NCBI RefSeq assembly: GCF_000237865.1
Contig: NC_017459.1
Span: forward strand, 1,680,001 to 1,712,000
Direction of reading: 5' to 3'
DNA length: 32,000 nt
Source of the DNA: Haloquadratum walsbyi C23
GTDB lineage: Archaea > Halobacteriota > Halobacteria > Halobacteriales > Haloferacaceae
The stretch's first letter is position 1; every line of letters begins with the position of its first letter. The translations under genes were made by a program, and so were the position numbers. Under the pieces are notes generated by a model, which did not search any database, was not told the origin of the DNA, and saw only the letters and a program-made list of their open reading frames with translations. Positions 28,401 through 32,000 of the stretch are shown here, one piece after another.

Positions 28401-29184
28401 GGCTCGAATATGACCCGATGATATGGTCATCATCAGCACACGAGATCTGTATCTCATCACTTAATGACTCGCCATCAAGCACTCGCTGATAGTATGATTG
28501 ATATGTTTCTGCGTCGCTATCGAACAGCACCCTCTTCAGTCGTTGATTGCACAGTTCACTCCGGTCGTATCCAGTCATTGTGCACGCAGCGGTGTTCACC
28601 TCAATAATAGATCCGCTTGGGTCACTGACAATAATAGCATCTCGTGAACCTTCAAACAGAATCTGTCGCCATTCCCGCTGCGTTTTTGATTGTTGCTCTC
28701 GTCTAATACGATTTACTGCAGCTTCAAGATTCGAAGCTGTGAGTTCTGTGAGCCGAACATCAGAATCAGAGAATGCATCAACCTCGGTTATACCAATTGA
28801 TATGACACCAAATGCTGGGATAGGAACAATTATTTCACTTTGAATTGGCGTGTCGGGATTGTACACGCGTTCAGCCTCAGGAACATTGCGGATGTGTTTG
28901 GTTTGTTGTTCATCGTAGGTCTGACCAGCGAGTGATTGCGGCGGAAGCGTCGGGATTTCACCAATGATCTTGTTTGCTTGCGCCGATCGAGCAATTGGGT
29001 CAAGTAACTCGGTCTCCTCATCATATTGCCAGACTGCAGATAACGGTGCGTCAAACTCAATATCGAACATTTTGACAACAACGGCTGCGGCATCCGGTAT
29101 TGACTTCGAATGATTGAGCTCAGACGAAAGCCGAAGAAGCCCTGAATGATTTGACTCGGTGACACCGTCTGGCGCAGATCTCAT
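25444..29184 (-). CDS. Cytoplasmic multi-sensor histidine kinase: GAF plus about 7 PAS/PAC plus HisKA-like plus HATPase_c
   Basis: 1246 aa with no hydrophobic helices. The GAF-like region is about aa 20-160. PAS units repeat with a period of about 120-125 aa from aa 170 to 1012. The phospho-acceptor region is RRHLQVLQRIIRHNVRND (His1029). The ATP-binding G-box is KHGKGLSLWLVNVVIMQTGGSIAV. Confidence 0.9.
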   Translation of the reverse strand: MRSAPDGVTESNHSGLLRLSSELNHSKSIPDAAAVVVKMFDIEFDAPLSAVWQYDEETELLDPIARSAQANKIIGEIPTLPPQSLAGQTYDEQQTKHIRNVPEAERVYNPDTPIQSEIIVPIPAFGVISIGITEVDAFSDSDVRLTELTASNLEAAVNRIRREQQSKTQREWRQILFEGSRDAIIVSDPSGSIIEVNTAACTMTGYDRSELCNQRLKRVLFDSDAETYQSYYQRVLDGESLSDEIQISCADDDHIIGSYSSRRIEVNGSVYVHTTVRDITDEYTRRERLASLESAIDEANDGVAVFENGEYAYVDETHLELYGFDSKEQLLGENWRVLYDDPTEIERIESEILPTVRNKGHWRGNVAASNGEKRYPTELSLTLIDDSRIVCIARDVSEKQARVQELRQNERRFRSVFEDPELLVGLMETDGTVIDINQRAMEYVSADYATICGMEVWKTEFYNHDEELATSIQNWVDRAADGEYISYESEIPDETGNTRYLSGTIRPVTNEGGTIQSLLITAYDVTQRKRRQEELESFQQAIEQANDGVAILEDDGYSYVDETHVEMYGFESKADLLGESWHRLYGEEEIERLQSEAFRALESTGYWRGGVTGTRSNGDTFPAEISLTAVEHGSIVCTVRDETEKKKQKQQLQRKRQQFELLTENIDEYAFLVLDSDGIITSWNDGAENLFGYDPETAVGMSATVLHPGSDQQENIIQRLLTQASMQGESAHEGRRMCKDGSMFYADVRCTPLETDDGSFLGYGLIVHNLTPKRRQQQRTERFVEESVDVVTVVDEDGTFSYVSTASQRVLGHEAEALSGTNVFDYIHVSDQEAVMSDFVSIIENLTQTFECEFRFRTADDTWVSVNARARNHIDDESVGGVLVYIRDISQAKKRARRFEAIFNQQYQLSGLLNTDGTVLRVNNALSSAETEIVDDSQSIQFSELSLWTHSDDVLETVQQSVERAAGGESVQQTIEAMSADGLRLLDLSIRPITDSDGNITLLVVEARDITTQERERRHLQVLQRIIRHNVRNDITKIRGFLDLILEADDHENRKDHAMKIYQVMDNWEAITEKTQQIQNLIQKQGTGVEFVDAKTGLNEVIERFNSSKTGGSVYIETAETVTANMPDAVSAAVDELLQHFTHEVGDTDSDTAVDINIELLTSTTDWITIRFTADRLLSKVKAAVLETGEETQLKHGKGLSLWLVNVVIMQTGGSIAVERTTDGTIITIRIPTQSRRERADAITLT

Positions 29185-29388
29185 AACGCACCATTTTATT
29201 TGAATCTATTAAGATATTTGTATTTCCAGTATCATAATGGTTGAATAATAGTAGATTATCCTATAGTATTGTCATGTCACATGATAATAAATAGGCTCCG
29301 TTCGGAAAATGGATATATGAGAAATTCCACAGGGTATAATTACCATCTATATGACATAGTATTGATATGATAGATAAATACTAATTGA

Positions 29389-29940
29389 TTATAAATCTTT
29401 GAATGCCTGCTGTGTATTTATTTGTCCAGCTTTTTGATCAACCTGATCGGTAATTGCATCAAGTTCTTCGATAAGTTGTTGATATTCATCATTATTCGAC
29501 AATTCTCGCTGGTTCTTTCGCTCCTCGAGTAGTGCCTTTTTTTCTGAAAGTTGATACATTTTATTTACCAACTCAGTATATGACTCTCGGTCGATGAGAC
29601 CCGAGACAAGTTCAAGCATATCGTCACGCGAGACCGGCTTGACCGCGTAATCATCGAATTCCATTTCAAGAATATCGAAATCCGGTTCAACCGCCGTCAC
29701 CATTGCCACCCGCATCTGATATTCTGCATCGCGCACCTTCCGGAGCACTTTCCGACCTGGCTGCTCTGGCATCCGTCTATCGAGAATCATAACATCAAAT
29801 GACTCATCAGCCTTTGTCATCGCCTCCTTGGCCCCGTATGCAACATCAACCGAATACTCTGTGGAGAGCCAGACCGCATATAAATCTGCAAGCTCCGGTT
29901 CGTCTTCAACAATTAGGATTTTCTTTTGATCACTACTCAT
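29389..29940 (-). CDS. Response regulator with receiver plus HalX domain
   Basis: 183 aa. Receiver motifs: KILIVEDEPELADLY and DVMILDRRMPEQPG (the phospho-Asp is in ILDRRMP), plus VAMVTA and KPV. The C-terminal coiled coil ESYTELVNKMYQLSEKKALLEERK is typical of HalX. Confidence 0.85.
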   Translation of the reverse strand: MSSDQKKILIVEDEPELADLYAVWLSTEYSVDVAYGAKEAMTKADESFDVMILDRRMPEQPGRKVLRKVRDAEYQMRVAMVTAVEPDFDILEMEFDDYAVKPVSRDDMLELVSGLIDRESYTELVNKMYQLSEKKALLEERKNQRELSNNDEYQQLIEELDAITDQVDQKAGQINTQQAFKDL

Positions 29941-30170
29941 ACATTACTCTCGTCTCTTTGTGTCTATCTGGCGAGATAATAATAAGCCTGGTATCTGAAT
30001 CATGACGGATCAAATATAATTGTCATATCAATCTCGTCTAAGAATCTCATACTTATGATTACACAATTTCGAATATAAAACTAGTCAATGTTGAGGGAGC
30101 AATGGAATGAGTCAGATATAATAAGACATATGAATCCGGAAGAATTTCAGCATTTAGTAGCTAAATCCTA

Positions 30171-31229
30171 ATGGCAACAGACGTACGATTGCAGTATTAC
30201 GGTGCGCAGTACGGTCAGATTATCAGCGTGTTACTTGTTGTGTCTGCAATCGCTGCGTTTGCTGCCGCAGGGTTTGTTTACACTAACCCACCAATCGAAC
30301 AGACAAGCCCAGAGGAGACAAATGTGCAGTCATTCTCATTTGATACGGACCATCGTGCAACAATAACCGGTCAAAGTCAGCTTTTTGACCGTGGGCGGAC
30401 GCTCCAGAACTATCCTGTCTATTTTCGGAATTCCTCACCCGATGTTACCTTCGCTACAACAATTTCTGTCCCACAAGATCGGTCAGTCGATGTCTCCTAT
30501 CGAGTCATTGCAAATTATGAAGCAACGTTTCGTGGTGAAGTGTTCTGGGACCAACAGGAAGTCGTTGCAACTAATAAATGGACAGTGCAAGATGGGCAAG
30601 TTCAACATAATACAACATTAACAATTTCAGAATATCTATCACGAATTGACCCATTTGAATCAGCAGTTGGGAGTACGGGAACACTATCACGAGATCTACA
30701 GTTCGTTGTAACATACAGTTCACCGGTTGATGGGGGGAACAGATATGAGGGACAGTTGCGCTCGACGACGACAATTCAATCATCATCCGATGCATATTGG
30801 GTAAGTTCTGAGATTGGAGATAGCACAACAAAAAGCCAGACACAGTCATCAGAGCAGTATGTCGGACAGCCAAATATGCAGCAAGTGCGATTGTTAGCCG
30901 GGAGTGGTGGTATATTATTAATCGCTGGGGCAAGTGTATTCGTCTGGACGCGTCGACAGGATGACCCAGCTGAATTGGAACTTGCCGTTGTTCGCGACCG
31001 CTATGACGAGTGGATCTCAGAGGGTGAACTCCCAACCGGTGCAGCGAGTGAGTACGTATATATAAACTCACTTGAGGGGATTGTCGACATTGCAATCGAC
31101 ACCAACAAACGCGTCATTTATGACGCTGATCTTGAGACCTACAGCGTTGTTGATGAGAATATTATTTACTACTATGCGCGTGACCCGACCGCTGTCTCAT
31201 CGTGGCTGAATCTTTCTGTTGATGAATAA
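30171..31229 (+). CDS. DUF5305-like membrane protein (TM, about 230-aa extracellular beta-rich domain, TM, cytoplasmic tail)
   Basis: 352 aa. N-terminal helix: IISVLLVVSAIAAFAAAGFVY. Second helix: LLAGSGGILLIAGASVFVW. The tail VVRDRYDEWISEGELP...YVYINSLEGIVDIAIDTNKRVIYD matches my recollection of the DUF5305 C-terminus. Needs an HMM check. Confidence 0.55.
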   Translation: MATDVRLQYYGAQYGQIISVLLVVSAIAAFAAAGFVYTNPPIEQTSPEETNVQSFSFDTDHRATITGQSQLFDRGRTLQNYPVYFRNSSPDVTFATTISVPQDRSVDVSYRVIANYEATFRGEVFWDQQEVVATNKWTVQDGQVQHNTTLTISEYLSRIDPFESAVGSTGTLSRDLQFVVTYSSPVDGGNRYEGQLRSTTTIQSSSDAYWVSSEIGDSTTKSQTQSSEQYVGQPNMQQVRLLAGSGGILLIAGASVFVWTRRQDDPAELELAVVRDRYDEWISEGELPTGAASEYVYINSLEGIVDIAIDTNKRVIYDADLETYSVVDENIIYYYARDPTAVSSWLNLSVDE

Positions 31230-31235
31230 TATCGC

Positions 31236-32000
31236 TTATTCAAGCCATTGACGGATTTTAACCAATAATGGCACATCGCGTTGTCGGCGACCAATTCGAA
31301 TCGGGTCAAGTCCAACCAATGTCGTTGAAATAATAAATGATGCAGCACCGACAGCAGTGTTGATCGCAATGAGTGGTGCCCATGGATGAATACGATATAA
31401 TCCACTAATCATTTCACGCGGGAGAAAGGCAAGATATCGATGTTCAACAATTGCATCGACATACACACCGGTTGAGGGTGGCGCAGAAATCGTCACATTT
31501 GTTTCCGCTGTTGTCTGTGCGGGAACAACCAACTCTGTATCAGAGACAGCAACATTATCACTTGCTGGTTCAATCATCACAATAACCGGGATCCATCCAT
31601 TACTTGGGACTTGATAGCTCACTGTTTCATTTGACCCCTGTCCAATAACGGAAATCCCAGCAGAATCACTCTCCGAACTCACATACTGAAATTGATGGAC
31701 ACCACCGGGGAGGATCATACTCATAGTGAGGGTGGCTGTCAGAAGCAATATCAAGATAGTGATAATGAGTGTTGGATTGATTTTTCCTGCGGAGCGTGAG
31801 GTGTCTCGGCGGCGGGTTGATCGGGTATTTTCTGCATATGCTGACAGTGCGTATGCAATCCCACCAAAGCCAATAAGGATATATGACAGTCCTTGCCCAC
31901 CAAGGATTGCTCGTGTTCCAAGTAATACTGCTAATTCTTCCTGTGCTGTTGTTGTGAGTGATCCCATTGTGGTGACTGCAGTTCCAAGATTAGGAATCAC
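31236..32000 (-). CDS. C-terminal part of a membrane protein, probably an S26B (SipW/Sec11-type) signal peptidase with a long C-terminal extension; 5-prime end outside the window
   Basis: The ORF is open to the window edge, so the apparent GTG start at 32000 is an artefact. IPNLGTAVTTM resembles the IPY(I/L)GY strand that ends archaeal or SipW peptidase catalytic domains. It is followed by two helices, a beta-rich exposed domain and a final helix. The catalytic Ser and His motifs are not in the window, so the call is tentative. Confidence 0.4.
   Translation of the reverse strand: MIPNLGTAVTTMGSLTTTAQEELAVLLGTRAILGGQGLSYILIGFGGIAYALSAYAENTRSTRRRDTSRSAGKINPTLIITILILLLTATLTMSMILPGGVHQFQYVSSESDSAGISVIGQGSNETVSYQVPSNGWIPVIVMIEPASDNVAVSDTELVVPAQTTAETNVTISAPPSTGVYVDAIVEHRYLAFLPREMISGLYRIHPWAPLIAINTAVGAASFIISTTLVGLDPIRIGRRQRDVPLLVKIRQWLE

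Noticed and set aside
1-32000. Search for CRISPR arrays, cas genes, restriction-modification, toxin-antitoxin pairs, integrases or prophage remnants
   Set aside because: I saw no regularly spaced direct repeats and no proteins with the corresponding hallmark motifs. The only mobile DNA recognised is the single IS element at 5346-6630.

Overview
This window looks like a chromosomal segment of a haloarchaeon (class Halobacteria). The predicted proteins are strongly acidic. There are twin-arginine lipoproteins (RR motif plus an LAGC/TAGC lipobox), a HalX-type response regulator, a multi-PAS histidine kinase and CPxCG-type zinc-finger micro-proteins. Intergenic spacers are long and visibly AT-rich while coding DNA has moderate GC. 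That combination is typical of Haloquadratum-like genomes, but the assignment is inference only. I support about 30 protein genes:
- Replication and repair: a partial RPA-type ssDNA-binding protein and flap endonuclease FEN1.
- Transport: an AI-2E family transporter and a 4-gene sugar-type ABC importer.
- Regulation and signalling: a PadR regulator, a 1246-aa cytoplasmic GAF plus 7xPAS histidine kinase, and a HalX response regulator.
- Metabolism and redox: a HAD-like hydrolase, an enolase-superfamily sugar-acid dehydratase, a rubrerythrin-like protein, a plant-type 2Fe-2S ferredoxin, a SAM methyltransferase and a GNAT-like protein.
- Membrane proteins: a DoxX-like protein, a DUF3054-like protein, and a large protein with a PH-like domain.
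- Uncharacterised modules: a DUF3179-type lipoprotein with a coupled Cys-containing membrane partner, a DUF5305-like protein, and the C-terminal part of a signal-peptidase-like protein.

There is one intact IS element (1285 bp, imperfect terminal inverted repeats, 7-bp target duplication). By eye I found no rRNA, tRNA, CRISPR array, cas genes, integrase or recognisable defence system. The best candidates for undescribed biology are:
1. The DUF3179 (CPLT motif) plus vicinal-Cys membrane protein pair, together with a 13-nt motif shared with the upstream zinc-finger gene.
2. The HalX regulator / DUF5305 / S26-peptidase-like surface locus, which is cut by the right window edge.
3. A GC-rich island with two hairpins inside a very AT-rich spacer (candidate sRNA).

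All family names come from motif recognition by eye and need HMM confirmation.
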